Notes: generated from the sequence alone by a model not told the origin. Positions 41,161 through 60,223 are shown, numbered from the stretch's first letter. The stretch: 64,000 nt of DNA from the human T2T-CHM13v2.0 reference genome, Homo sapiens (GCF_009914755.1 NC_060947.1), one strand, 5' to 3'. Made by a program: numbers and translations.

Positions 41161-42325
41161 TGAATGCCAGAGAGTCCATACATCAGAATTCCAGATAAGC
41201 TCTTTTTTTGGCATGTGGGATTTTTATTCATAAATGTGTTTAACTCTTTATACACCTCATCATACGTTTTCGTGTTGAGGATTTCCTTTGACGTTCTCAT
41301 TGGCTGTTGGAGCAAGATAAGATCCCATTTGGGGCTGTCATGCATGAGCCGCTTTGCTGAGGATGTGCAGAATGGGGTGTCTGAGGTCTACCTGCGTGGA
41401 ACCAGGTGCACCTGCGGATCTTGCTGACACGCGCGGGAATTTTGCACGTTCACCAACAGGCAAATGAATCCCCGCGTCTTTAAGGGCCTGCGGCAGTTAA
41501 TAGATGATCCACCGTGTCATGTCACAGCCCAGATGAGTGACAAGCCAGTGCCGACAGAGAGTGACATGTGTCTGTCACTTTGCTGACAGCCCTGGCACAT
41601 TCTGCAAAATGCCTCAGCTCCTGCTGCCTAATTTTCTGCTGTGAGAGCCAGGTGGCTTCCTTTGGTCTCCACAGGAAACAAAATGTCTCAGAAATCTTTC
41701 CCCAAAGCACAGGCTTCATACATTCATGGGGTCTCACCATGTTGGGAGAACGGTGGCAGAATCAGAAAGGTGACGGGGGCTAGCTGGGAACACCTGTGTG
41801 CGGATTCTTCAGAATCTGTAACAGCCTGGTTTGCAGACTCAAGGGGACTGTGGGCACTGGGAGATTCCTGAAGGCAGGTGGGTGGTTGGAAGGATGTGAA
41901 AAGATTCAGTTGGATCCCAGGGGTGGTGGGTCAAAGGCATTTCCTGTGTTCACAGCTGGTTGCCACCGACGCCTGTTGCCACGGATGCCTGGTGTACAGG
42001 GCGTGGTTCTTTTCTCAGGTGAGTACCCAACAGTCAAGTTATCCCAGTCCATCTGGATCACCTGCAAACAGATGCACCATTCATGCCCCACCTCAGGGCT
42101 TGTTCTTTTCTTCAGCACACTCCTGGCTTACACCTGTGTGCTCAGATGCAGAGGTAAAGCATTTTAAGGACACCTCCAGGAATCTGTCCGGTGGCAATGA
42201 CCCATTCGGGCCCAAGAAAGTGTAAGAGTGATGCCTTCTTGCTCTGCTCTCATCTGGAAGCGCCTCTCTCCCTTGCCATGGAGAGGCTGGCCATGTAATG
42301 CTCACTGTGGCTCTTTCAGATACAT

Positions 42326-45300
42326 CATCTCCCCATTTTAAAGATGAAGAAGAGTCAGTCTCATTCCTCAGCACCAGTAGTAACGGGGGGAGTTGGGCTG
42401 ACTCCAAACCTGCTCCCAAAGATAGCACTAACAAATGCTGGTAAGGTGGTGGTCACAAAGAGTGTCATCAACTCCAGATAGCAACCGGGTCTCCTTACCA
42501 GAAAACCTAACAGGCGTTGGTTTGATAGATGCATCATTGTGTATGTCTCTATCCATCTATGCATTCTCCATCTATCCATCTATCATCTCTCCATTCACCT
42601 ACTCATCTATCAATCTATCCATTCATCTATCCATTCTTTATATCTATTTCTCTATCTATCCATCTATTTATTTATCCATCATCCGTCTGTCATCTATTTA
42701 TATTCTGTCATCTCTCTTTCAATCTTCTATCTACCCTATCTATCTACTACCTAAAGCTATCTGTATTCTATCTATCCAAACATCATCTGACTATCATCTA
42801 CCTACCTACATCTATCATCTCTCTAGCTCTGTCTATATATCTATCTATATCATCTCTATATCAGTCATCTATTCCTCTATCTATTATCTATCTATCTATC
42901 ATCTATCATCTATCTACCATCTATCTATCAATACATCTATGTATCAATCATCTATCTCTCAATCAGTACATCTGTCAATGTATCAATCATCTATCTATAT
43001 CAGTACATCTGTAAGTATCAATCATCTATCATGTATCTATCTATACATCTGTATATCTATCTATCTCAGTACATCTGTCTACGTATCAATCATCTGATTG
43101 AAGAAAAGGCTCGGAGACGGAGTCTATGTCACCAGCATAGGAAAAGCAGGATGTGGCTTCCATTCCTTGAAACCTCTGTCTTCCTCCTGATTTACAAGTC
43201 CTGTCTGAGATTCTCCTCTGGTGTTTATTTGCTGTTTTTCTTGTGAAGCCAGATTTCCAAGCATATTTTCACATTGGTTTTGAAGGTCCTGATGGAAAAC
43301 ATGTGCCTGGAGATAAATGTGCTTTAACCAAATGTGTGTCTTCTGGAACATTCTCTGGATAGCTCTAGCCAGTGAGGAGTAAGGACAGCTGCTTCCTTTG
43401 GACCCTACACTGACCATTGTTTGTCTCTACCTGCACAACCTTTATCTCTCCTCCAGTTTAAGCAACCAGTTTCCTGCAGGTGAACATCCTGGCACCATAA
43501 TTGGCTCAAAGATGGGCATAGGACTCAGTGCAAGCCCTGAGTTTGTGCAGAAACTGAGCAGTGTAACAGCCTGGGAGGAAGTCCTGGAGGGACTTGAGCA
43601 AGATGACTTATCAGAGACAGAATCTGAGGAGAAGGCTCAGAACTTACCTCTAATCTCTTGCATGTTGAACCCAACAACTCAAATGAAAACCAGAGCTCAT
43701 GGTTGCTGTTGAGACAGTCCACACTTTCCAGCCTCCTGAAGCAGAGAGTGGAGAAGAATGAAGAGGAACTGGGGAGGTAGAGGCTCTCTTGGGTTTATTG
43801 TAATACTTGAGTGAGTTAGCCCTTTTGAACAAACTTGACATTGAGCAGGTGTTGATTACAAATGAGATGTTTCCTGTGTTACTCATGGACACCCAGAAGA
43901 GGCAGGGTATTAGAAAGGGTATTAGCTTCCACTGGCTGCTGTAACGAAAATGATGACAGACTTCATCTTAGTTTATTTTGTACTTCTATAAAAGAGTGCC
44001 ACTGATTAGGTAATTTATAAACAATGGGAGTTCATTGGTCTCATGGTTCCGAGGGCTGGAAAGTCTGAGGTTGAGGTGCTATGTCTGGTGAGGATCTTTT
44101 TGCTGTGTCATCCATTGTGAACTATCTCTTCGAGGTACTTCATATCCCCACTTCAGAGATGGAGAAACTGAGGTTGAAGAATGGTCAGTCTTATTGCTCA
44201 GCCCCAGTGATGGGTGGAGTTGGGTTGACTTCAAACCTACTCTGAAATATAACATTAAGAAATGCTGGCAATATGGCGGTCACCAATAGTGTTCATCAAC
44301 TCCAGAGGGCAAGGAGGTCTCGTAACTAGAAAACCTCACAGCTATTGCTGAAGGAAGGGCACAGAGTTGAATTCAACATGGTTGACTCCTTGAAACCTCC
44401 ATCTTCCCTCTGACGTACAGCAAGTCCTGCCTGAGATTCTCCTCTGGTGATTGTTTGCTGTTTTTCAACTGGACCAGCTCCAGAGCCCAAGCTAACTGGG
44501 GTAATGACGAGGGGAGGGTATGATTGATAGATAGATAGATAAATGATAGAGATAGATAGATGGGTAGATAGATATATAGATATACAGATGATAGATGGAT
44601 AGATTGATAGAGGGGTAGATAGATATATAGATAGATGATAGATGGATAGAGAGATTGATAGATGGGTAGACAGATATATAGGTAGATGATAGATGGATAG
44701 ATTGATAGAAGGGTAGATATATAGATAGATGGGTAGATAGACAAATGATAGATGAATAGATAAATGATATATGATGGACAGATACATAGATGATAGATGG
44801 ATAAATAGATAAATGATAGATGAATAGATAAAAGATAGATGGATAGATAAATGACAGATGGATAGATAGATAAATAATAGATGAATAGATAAAAGATAGA
44901 CGATGGACAGATACCTAGATGATAGATGGACAAATAGATAAATGATAGATGAATAGATAAATGATAGAAAGATAGATAAATGACAGATGGATAGATAGAT
45001 AAATGTAGATGAATAGATAAAAGACACATTGATAGATAAATGATGGATAGACACATAAACAATAGATGGATGGATAGATAGATAGATGGGTATTTAGATG
45101 GATAGATAGATAAATAGATAAGTAATACATGAATAGATAAATGACAGATGGATAGATAGATAGATAAATGATAGATGAATAGATAAAAGATAGATGATGG
45201 ACAGATAGATGATAGATGGATAAATAGATAAATGATAGATGAATAGATAAATGATAGCTGGGTAGATAGATAAATGACAGATGGATAGACAGATTAATGA

Positions 45301-45532
45301 TAGATGAATAATAAAAGATAGACTGATAAATGATGGAGAGATACATAAGCAATAGGTGGATAGATAGATAAATGGTAGATGGGTATTTAGATAGATAAAT
45401 AGATAAGTAACAGATGAATAGATAACTGGTAGATGGACAGATACATGCTAGATTTCCAAGCATATTTTCACATTTTCACCTTGGTTTCATAGGTCCTGAT
45501 ATAAAACATATGCCTGGAGATCAATGTGCTTC
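42326..45532. repeat. Old direct duplication (42326-43324 and 44140-45532), each copy split by a GATA-family tract
   Basis: Three colinear shared segments; (TCTA)n at 42530-43095, (TAGA)n at 44520-45448. Confidence 0.85.
43918..44115 (-). mobile_element. MaLR (MST/MLT1A-like) LTR fragments
   Basis: ggctgctgtaac...ggtaatttataaacaa...ctcatggttccgagggctggaaagtctgagg. Confidence 0.7.
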
Positions 45533-45952
45533 GAATTAGGATTTTTTTTTCTTTTTTCTTTTTTTGCCCCAGAAGGTTAGGAGAGTCCCCATAGAACGTG
45601 GGAGGGGACCTGTTTAGTGTTCAGAGCTTGCTGGAGAGGCTCCAGCATGACTCGTTGCTGGATGCTAAACAGGTGGTCCCCCGAGAAAGACCTGGGTCTG
45701 GAGGTGAGGGTTGCAGGGTTTATATGCCAGCAACAGAACAGGCGCTTCCTTGGAGAAGTATGTGTGAACCGGTCGCCCTCCCCACCTAAAGGTGTTCTGG
45801 GTTTGAGGAGGTTGTCAGTGGTGACCGTATGACCCCAAAAGTCAAACAGAATAATGCGCTTTATCCTTCCTTCTGCTTTAGGGAGGAGAATGTTTGCAGC
45901 AGTTCTTGCTAATTCATGAAGCATATGACTAATTGCATCAAGGATGAAACAA

Positions 45953-46958
45953 GGTAGGTAGGTAGGTAGACAGTTAAGTATGCACATGCATATGTACATA
46001 GATGGCAGATAGATGGGTAATAGATCAATGGCAGATAGATAAATAGATGCTGGATAGAGAGAGAGATAGACGATGAATAGAGAGATAGATGATGGATAGA
46101 GAGAGAGGGATACATAGATAGATGATTGATTGATTGATTGATTGATTGATGAGATAGATACATGGATAAAAGAGCCATACACATTACAGTGTGTATACAT
46201 GCAGAGATAGACGATAGACATAGGTAGTATGTAGATAGATAGGCAGATAGATGATAGATGATGGATAGACAGGAGATAGAGAGATAAATGCTAGATAGAG
46301 AGACAAAGAGATAGAGATAGATAACGGATAGATAGATGAGGTACATAGACGTAGATAAATAGATAGCTAATAGGTAGATAGATAATAGATGATTGATGGA
46401 TAATAGATAGATAGGTAGATAAACAGATCATAGGTAGGTAGATAATAGATGATTGATAGATAATAGATAGATGATAGATTAAATAGGTAGATGATAGATG
46501 ATAGGTAGATAATAGGTAGATGATAGATAGCTAGATAGATGATAGATAGATAGGCAGATAGATAGATGGTAGACAGATAGATGATAGACAGATAGATGAT
46601 AGATAGATATATAGACAGATATATAGATAGCTAGATAGATGATAGATAGCTAGATAGCTAGATAGATGATAGATAGATAGGCAGATAGCTAGATGATAGA
46701 CAGATGATAGATAGATATATAGACAGATATATAGATAGATAGCTAGATAGATGATAGATAGATAGATAGATGATAGATATATAGAAAGATATATAGATAG
46801 ATAGCTAGATAGATGATAGATAGATAGATGATAGACAGAGAATAGATAGATATATAGACAGATATATAGATAGATAGCTAGATAGATGATAGGTAGATAG
46901 ATAGATGATAGATAGATGATAGATAGATATATAGACATATATAGATAGCTAGATAGAT

Positions 46959-46996
<38 letters not shown>

Positions 46997-48560
46997 CAGA
47001 CAGATAGATAGAATATCAATTTGTTCTTGCATTGCTATAAAGCAATACCTGAGCCTGGGTAATTTATAAAGAAAAGAGGTTGAATTGGCTCATGGTTCTG
47101 CAGGCTGTACAAGAAGCCCAGTGGCTTGGGCTTCTGAGGAGGCCTCAGGAAACTTATAGGCAAAGGGGAAACAGGTACGTCTTACATTGCTGGAGTAAGA
47201 GGAGAGGCGGGGGAGGTGCCACACACTTGTAATCAACCAGATCGCGTGAGAACTCTAGCAGAAGAACAGCGCCAAAGGGATGGTCCTAAACCACTCTTGA
47301 GGGGCCCACCCCCACGATCCAATCACCTCTCCCCAGGCCTAAACCACTCCTGAGGGGCCCACCCCCACGATCCAATCACCTCTCACCAGGCCCCACCTCC
47401 AACATTGGGGATTACAATTCAGCATGCGATTTGGGCAGGGACACAGATCCAAACCCTATTAGATAGATAGATTAATGATAGATGGATAGATAGATAGATG
47501 ATTGATGGATACATAGATAAATGATAGATGGATAGATAAATGATAGAGGGATAAATAGATGATAGATGGATAGATAGATGATTGATGGATAGATGGATAA
47601 ATGATAGATGGATAAATAGATGATAGATGGATAGATAGATGATAGATGGATAGATGGATAAATGATAGATGGATAGATAATGATTGATGGATATATAGAT
47701 AATGATTGATGGATAGATAGATAAATGGTAGATGGATAGATAAATGATAGATGGATAAATAGATGATAGACGGATAGATAGATGATTGATGGATAGATGG
47801 ATAAATGATAGATGGATAGATAATGATTGATGGATATATAGATAATGATTGATGGATAGATAGATAAATGGTAGATGGATAGATAAATGATAGATGGATA
47901 AATAGATGATAGACGGATAGATAGATGATTGATGGATAGATGGATAAATGATAGATGGATAGATAATGAATGATGGATAGATAAATGATAGATGGATAGA
48001 TAAATGATAGATGGATAAATAGATGATAGATGGATAGATAGATAATTGATGGATAGATGGATAAATGATACATGGATAGATAATGATTGACGGATAGATA
48101 GATAATGATTGGTGGATAGATAAATGATAGATGGATAGATAGATGATTGATGGATAGATAGATAAATGATAGATGGATAGATAGATGGGTAGATAGATAT
48201 ATAAATGATAGGTAGATAAATGATAGATGAACATATAAATGATTGATAGATGGATAGATAAATGATAGATGAATAGATAAATGATGGATAGACACATAAT
48301 AGATGGATAGAAAGATAGATAAATGATAGATGGGTATTTAGATGGATAGATAGATAAATAGATAAATAATAGATGGACAGATAACTGATAGTTGGGCAGA
48401 GAGATAAATGATCGATGGATAGATAAAAGATAGATAAATAAATAATAGATAGATCAATAAATAGTAAATGAATAGATGAATGACAGATGGGTAGATAGAT
48501 GGATAGATAAATGATGGATAGATAGATAGATAATAGATGACAGATAGGTGAGAGAGAAAT
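45953..48560. repeat. Degenerate (TAGA)n/(GGAT)n tract interrupted by an LTR
   Basis: Directly visible. Confidence 0.96.
47013..47461 (-). mobile_element. MST (MaLR) solo LTR with an internal 53-bp tandem duplication
   Basis: cattgctataaagcaatacctgagcctgggtaatttataaagaaaagagg...ccccacctccaacattggggattacaattc; duplicate units start at 47285 and 47338. Confidence 0.9.
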
Positions 48561-49009
48561 GGGTGACGGAAGGGAGAGAAAGAAGGAGAGAGATTTGGGG
48601 TCATTAAATAGCAGAGGAAAAGCATGTACACAAAACTTTTGCAGCATGTGCAATGGAATATATATATATGTTTATATATATATATGTTTATATATATATA
48701 TAAATACACACACACAGAGAGAGACAGAGAGAGAGACAGAGTCATCAGAGAGTCATCAGACAGCAGAGAGGAAACCCACCCAGCACTGAGGTCATACAGC
48801 AAGCTGGAAAGAGACAATGAGTAATGTTTGACATGAGAGGTCATTTTCTGCACGTCTGGAATCGAGGCATTGATTTTTCATACACATTATGGCTATTGGC
48901 TAGAGATGATCATTGAACCTGTCTGAAGACAGATCTCTGGGTGGAGCAGACCAAGGCTGTTTGGTGACTTGCGTTATTTGAAGATTTCCCTGCATGCTAC
49001 TGAAACCAG

Positions 49010-50753
<1,744 letters not shown>

Positions 50754-50759
50754 TTAAAG

Positions 50760-52548
50760 ATAGAGGGAGAAAGAGGAGAAACAAGAGGAGGAGGAGGAGG
50801 CTGGAGGAGGAGAAGGAGGAGGAAGAGAAAGAGGAGGAGGTGGAGGAGGAGGGAGACAGAGGAGGAGGAGGGAGTGGTTGGAGGAGGAGAAAGAGAAGGA
50901 TAAGGAAGAGAAAAAGAAGGAGGGGGAGGAGGAAGAAGAGGAGGAGGGGAAGGAGGAGAAAGAGGAGGAGAGGGAGGAAGAGGAGGAGGCTGGAGGAGGA
51001 GAAAAAGGAGAAAGAGAAAAAGGAGGAGGGAGAGGAGGAGGGGAAGGAGGAGGGAGAGAAAGAGGAGGAGAGGGAGGAAGAGGAGGAGGCTGGAGGAGGA
51101 GAAAAAGGAGAAAGAGAAAAAGGAGGAGGGAGAGGAGGAGGGGAAGGAGGAGGGAGAGAAAGAGGAGGAGAGGGAGGAAGAGGAGGAGGCTGGAGGAGGA
51201 GAAAAAGGAGAAAGAGAAAAAGGAGGAGGGAGAGGAGGAGGGGAAGGAGGAGGGAGAGAAAGAGGAGGAGAGGGAGGAAGAGGAGGAGGCTGGAGGAGGA
51301 GAAAAAGGAGAAAGAGAAAAAGGAGGAGGGAGAGGAGGAGGGGAAGGAGGAGGGAGAGAAAGAGGAGGAGAGGGAGGAAGAGGAGGAGGCTGGAGGAGGA
51401 GAAAAAGGAGAAAGAGAAAAAGGAGGAGGGAGAGGAGGAGGGGAAGGAGGAGGGAGAGAAAGAGGAGGAGAGGGAGGAAGAGGAGGAGGCTGGAGGAGGA
51501 GAAAAAGGAGAAAGAGAAAAAGGAGGAGGGAGAGGAGGAGGGGAAGGAGGAGGGAGAGAAAGAGGAGGAGAGGGAGGAAGAGGAGGAGGCTGGAGGAGGA
51601 GAAAAAGGAGAAAGAGAAAAAGGAGGAGGGAGAGGAGGAGGGGAAGGAGGAGGGAGAGAAAGAGGAGGAGAGGGAGGAAGAGGAGGAGGCTGGAGGAGGA
51701 GAAAAAGGAGAAAGAGAAAAAGGAGGAGGGAGAGGAGGAGGGGAAGGGGGAGGGAGAGAAGTAGAAGCAGGAAGAGTGGGGAAGGAGGAGGTTGGAGAAG
51801 GTGGAGGAGGAAGAAGAGAAACAGGAAGAAGAGGAGGAAAAAGGGGAGGAGGAGGGAGAGGAGGAAAGAGAGGAGGAGGGGAAGGAGGAGGAAGAGAAAG
51901 AGGAGGAGGGGGAGAAGCAGGGAGAGGAGGAGGAGGAAGAGAAAGAGGAGGAGGGAGAGGAGGAGGGAGAGGAGGAGGAAGAGAAAGAGGAGAAGGGAGA
52001 GGAGGAGGGGGAGGAGGAGGGAGAGGAGGAGGAGGAAGAGAAAGAGGAGGAGGGAGAGGAGGAAGAGCCTGGAGGAGGAGGAAGAGAAAGAAGAAAAGGA
52101 AGAGGAGGGGAAAGAAGAGGCTGGAGAAGATGGAGGAGGAAGAAGAGAAAGAGGAAGAGGAGAGGGGAGAGGATGAGGGGAAGGAGGAGGAAGAGAAAGA
52201 GGAGGAGGGAGAGGAGGAAGAGGCTGGAGAGGAGAAGGAGGAAGAGAAAGAGGAGGAGGGGGAGGAGGGGAAGGAAGAGGTTGGAGAAGGTAGAGGAGGA
52301 AGAAGCGAAAGAAAAGGAGGGGGAGGAGAGAGGGGAGGAGAAAGAACAGGAAGAGGAGAGGGAGAAGGAGGAACAAGAGAAGGGGGAAGAGGGGAGGAGG
52401 AAAAGATGAGAGGAGGAGAAGGAAGCGGAAGAGAAAGAGGGAGAGGTGGAGAAGGGGGAGGAGGAGGGGAAGGAGGAGGAGGAAGAGGAGGAGGAGAAGA
52501 AGGTGGAGGAGGGAGAAAAGGGAAGAGGGGGGAAGAGGGGGGAGAGGG
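50760..52548. repeat. Polypurine (GA-rich) tract with a near-perfect 100-bp tandem core, ~8 copies at 50961-51760
   Basis: agaggaggagagggaggaag recurs at 50961, 51061, 51161 ... 51661. Confidence 0.97.
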
Positions 52549-53490
52549 ACTCAGGAAAACAGGTCCCCCTCACCCCCATCCCACCGTAATAAAGACATGA
52601 CGCCTTTTTATGCTGAGAAAACATCAAGCTGTGTTTCTCCTTCCCCAGAGACACTTCGCAGCCCCTCTTGGGATCCAGCGCAGCGCAAGGTAAGCCAGAT
52701 GCCTCTGCTGTTGCCCTCCCTGTGGGCCTGCTCTCCTCACGCCGGCCCCCACCTGGGCCACCTGTGGCACCTGCCAGGAGGCTGAGCTGCAAACCCCAAT
52801 GAGGGGCAGGTGCTCCCGGAGACCTGCTTCCCACACGCCCATCGTTCTGCCCCCCGCTTTGAGTTCTCCCAGGCCCCTCTGTGCACCCCTCCCTAGCAGG
52901 AACATGCCGTCTGCCCCCTTGAGCTTTGCAAGGTCTCGGTGATAATAGGAAGGTCTTTGCCTTGCAGGGAGAATGAGTCATCCGTGCTCCCTCCGAGGGG
53001 GATTCTGGAGTCCACAGTAATTGCAGGGCTGACACTCTGCCCTGCACCGGGCGCCCCAGCTCCTCCCCACCTCCCTCCTCCATCCCTGTCTCCGGCTATT
53101 AAGACGGGGCGCTCAGGGGCCTGTAACTGGGGAAGGTATACCCGCCCTGCAGAGGTGGACCCTGTCTGTTTTGATTTCTGTTCCATGTCCAAGGCAGGAC
53201 ATGACCCTGTTTTGGAATGCTGATTTATGGATTTTCCAGGCCACTGTGCCCCAGATACAATTTTCTCTGACATTAAGAATACGTAGAGAACCAAATGCAT
53301 TTTCTTCTTAAAAAAAAAAAAAACCAAAAAAAAAAAAAAACCAAAAAACTGTACTTAATAAGATCCATGCCTATAAGACAAAGGAACACCTCTTGTCATA
53401 TATGTGGGACCTCGGGCAGCGTGTGAAAGTTTACTTGCAGTTTGCAGTAAAATGACAAAGCTAACACCTGGCGTGGACAATCTTACCTAG

Positions 53491-55515
<2,025 letters not shown>

Positions 55516-55549
55516 ATGCAGGATGATTTGTTTTCCTCACTATCAGTGA

Positions 55550-56804
<1,255 letters not shown>

Positions 56805-57261
56805 TCACCTCCTTGACCGTTTACAGGTGACAACTGTTTGAATCGGTCACCAAAGCGTCAAGATTACGGATCCTCAAGCCGTAGACATTTCACGTACAAT
56901 CAAAATCAACTGAAAAGGCAGGCGACGTTTCCTGGAGGAACTTTGCTGAAAGAAAAGTCATGAGCCATAACAAACCCTGGAACCGGCTTCTTAACCCCCA
57001 CCGCAAACTCCCAAGCTTCGGCGTGTGTTGAAAAACCAGAAAGACAGCCTTCTCTAAATAGGATCCACATCTTCATCTTTCTCTCAGGACCCCAAAGACA
57101 CCTCCTGGCTGTTTCTTGCTGGAGAGAAAGCATTTCACGTGCAGTACACCCTGTTTGAAACATCGCTTGGGTATTTTGATACATTGTTTTGTTGTAGTCA
57201 GAAACAGCGCATCAGAAAACACAGTTGTACAAATACTCTTTTTAATGGTACTCGGTGGGGG

Positions 57262-58020
57262 CTGTGTGTGTGTTTTAAAATAACAAAACTGCTAAACTCC
57301 ATGGGAATTACTCAAAATGAATATCAGGGAAAGGTTTCCTTCGTTACTTAAACAGATGCCTTTGCAACCTACTATTTTATTTTATTATGTCATTTCTATG
57401 GGAAGAGATTATTTAAAAGAAGAAAAGGGGCCCCAGGTTTTCTCTCCTAAATTTCTAGCCCCAAACCTTCGTGATATTGAAAAGCAAGTATATCACAAAA
57501 GACTGTCTTCTACAAATTATATTTTTAATTGCAGTGTGCGTGTGTGTTTTAAAATAACAAAACTGCTAAACTCCATGGGAATTAGTCAAAATGAATATCG
57601 GGGAAGGGTTTCCTTCGATACTTAAATAGGTACCTTTGCAACCTACTATTTTATTTTATTATGTCATTTCTATGGGAGGAGATTATTTAAAAGGAGGAGC
57701 TCACGTTTTTCGTACGAAATTTCTAGCCCCAACCCTCCATGATACTGAAAAGCAAGTATATCAGAAAAGACTGTGTTCTACAAATTATGTTTTTAATTGC
57801 ACTGTGTGTGTGTGTGTGTGTGTGTGTGTTTTAAAATAACAAAACTGCTAAACTCCATGGGAATTACTCAAAATGAATATCAGGGAAAGGTTTCCTTCGT
57901 TACTTAAACAGATGCCTTTGCAACCTACTATTTTATTTTATTATGTCATTTCTATGGGAGGAGATTATTTAAAAGGAGGAGCCCACTTTCTTGCTTTTAA
58001 ATTTCCAGCCCCAACCCTTC
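57262..58020. repeat. ~275-281 bp tandem repeat, ~2.7 copies, each headed by (TG)n
   Basis: tttaaaataacaaaactgctaaactccatgggaatta at ~57274, 57548, 57830. Confidence 0.95.
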
Positions 58021-58918
58021 TGGACATAACTCGTCTTCCTCTGCAGATTGGAACAGATGATTTTGCCGTCCAAGCATCCACCGGTGCTGTAGGAGAAGAC
58101 GCACCGTGTTAGGTAGGTCAGCTGGCTCTGAGTTGAAAGTGTCACCCAAACCCAGGAGATCCAGGGCAGAAATTGTTTTAGTTCCACAGAGCAGCCACGG
58201 GTGCACCGTCTGTGTATCTCTGTCAGTGATGCAATCCAATGCATCTGGCAAAGGGAACGCAGGGGGCTGCGAGGAAGGCCCATTCGAGTGGCCTGTAAAA
58301 ATGCTGAAAGCTCCATACACCTTCCCTGTCTCTGGGATTCTCAGCATCCTGCTCTGCCCTCCAAGTACAGGTCGCTGACCCACCTCCCACCCCTGCCCAC
58401 CTCCAATCACATGCCTTGCACCCCTTCCTACCATTAGGCCTGCCGCTAAGGACCTGATTAGCTATAAATTTATGGCAATCCGCAACCACCGGCCTTCCCC
58501 TCCTGATGTTTTCTGACACATTTCAGGAGACGCAGAATACAGGCTCGCTGGTCCACCCGAGACCCCTGGCTGCAGAAACAGCCCGGCTCGTGAACACAGT
58601 TGCCGTGGTAACATGCCCCCCAGCTGTAGCCGGCCTAGGAAAACTACGTGGACAAGGATGATTTTTTCACAAGTTTTATTTTTTATTTATTTACTTGGGA
58701 CCTTTTGTTTGGCAGCCGGACGGTGCAGCTTTTTCTCTGCACGGAGTCTGGTTGTGTCTACACACACAGGCAACACGCATAGATGGACATAAAACTATCC
58801 CCTCCCAAGACTTGCAAAGGATGCACGTTTTTCAGGCTGCAGCCAGGACGAGGGAGAGGTAGAGGTTGTAGTTATTGAGTAGGGGAGTCCCAAGAAAATC
58901 GTTGCCATAGGAAAGAAA

Positions 58919-59698
<780 letters not shown>

Positions 59699-59887
59699 TT
59701 ACACAAAAAACCAAACCAAACAAAACAGGTGCTGAGGTGATATTGAAAGATAAGATTGCTTAGAATATGGAGGCTAATGTTTGGAGGTGACTTTTGTAAA
59801 TTGATCTTCATCCCTGGCAGTCCTTTGGTTGAAGGAGCCTGGATTTTAGTGTAAGATTTGGCTGGTTTGTTATAACATGTGGATCCC

Positions 59888-59954
<67 letters not shown>

Positions 59955-60100
59955 TTTCTTTCTTTCTTTCTTTTCCTTTCTTTCTTTCTCTCTCTCTCTT
60001 TCTTCTTTCCTTCCTTCTTTCTTTCTTTTTTTTTCTCTCTTTTCTTTCTTTCTCTCTCTCTCTCTCCCTCCTTCCCTCCTTCCCTTCCTTCCTTCCTTCC

Positions 60101-60132
<32 letters not shown>

Positions 60133-60184
60133 CTCTTTTCTTTCTTTCTTTCTTTCTCTCTTTTTCTTTCTTTTCTTTCTTTCT

Positions 60185-60223
<39 letters not shown>

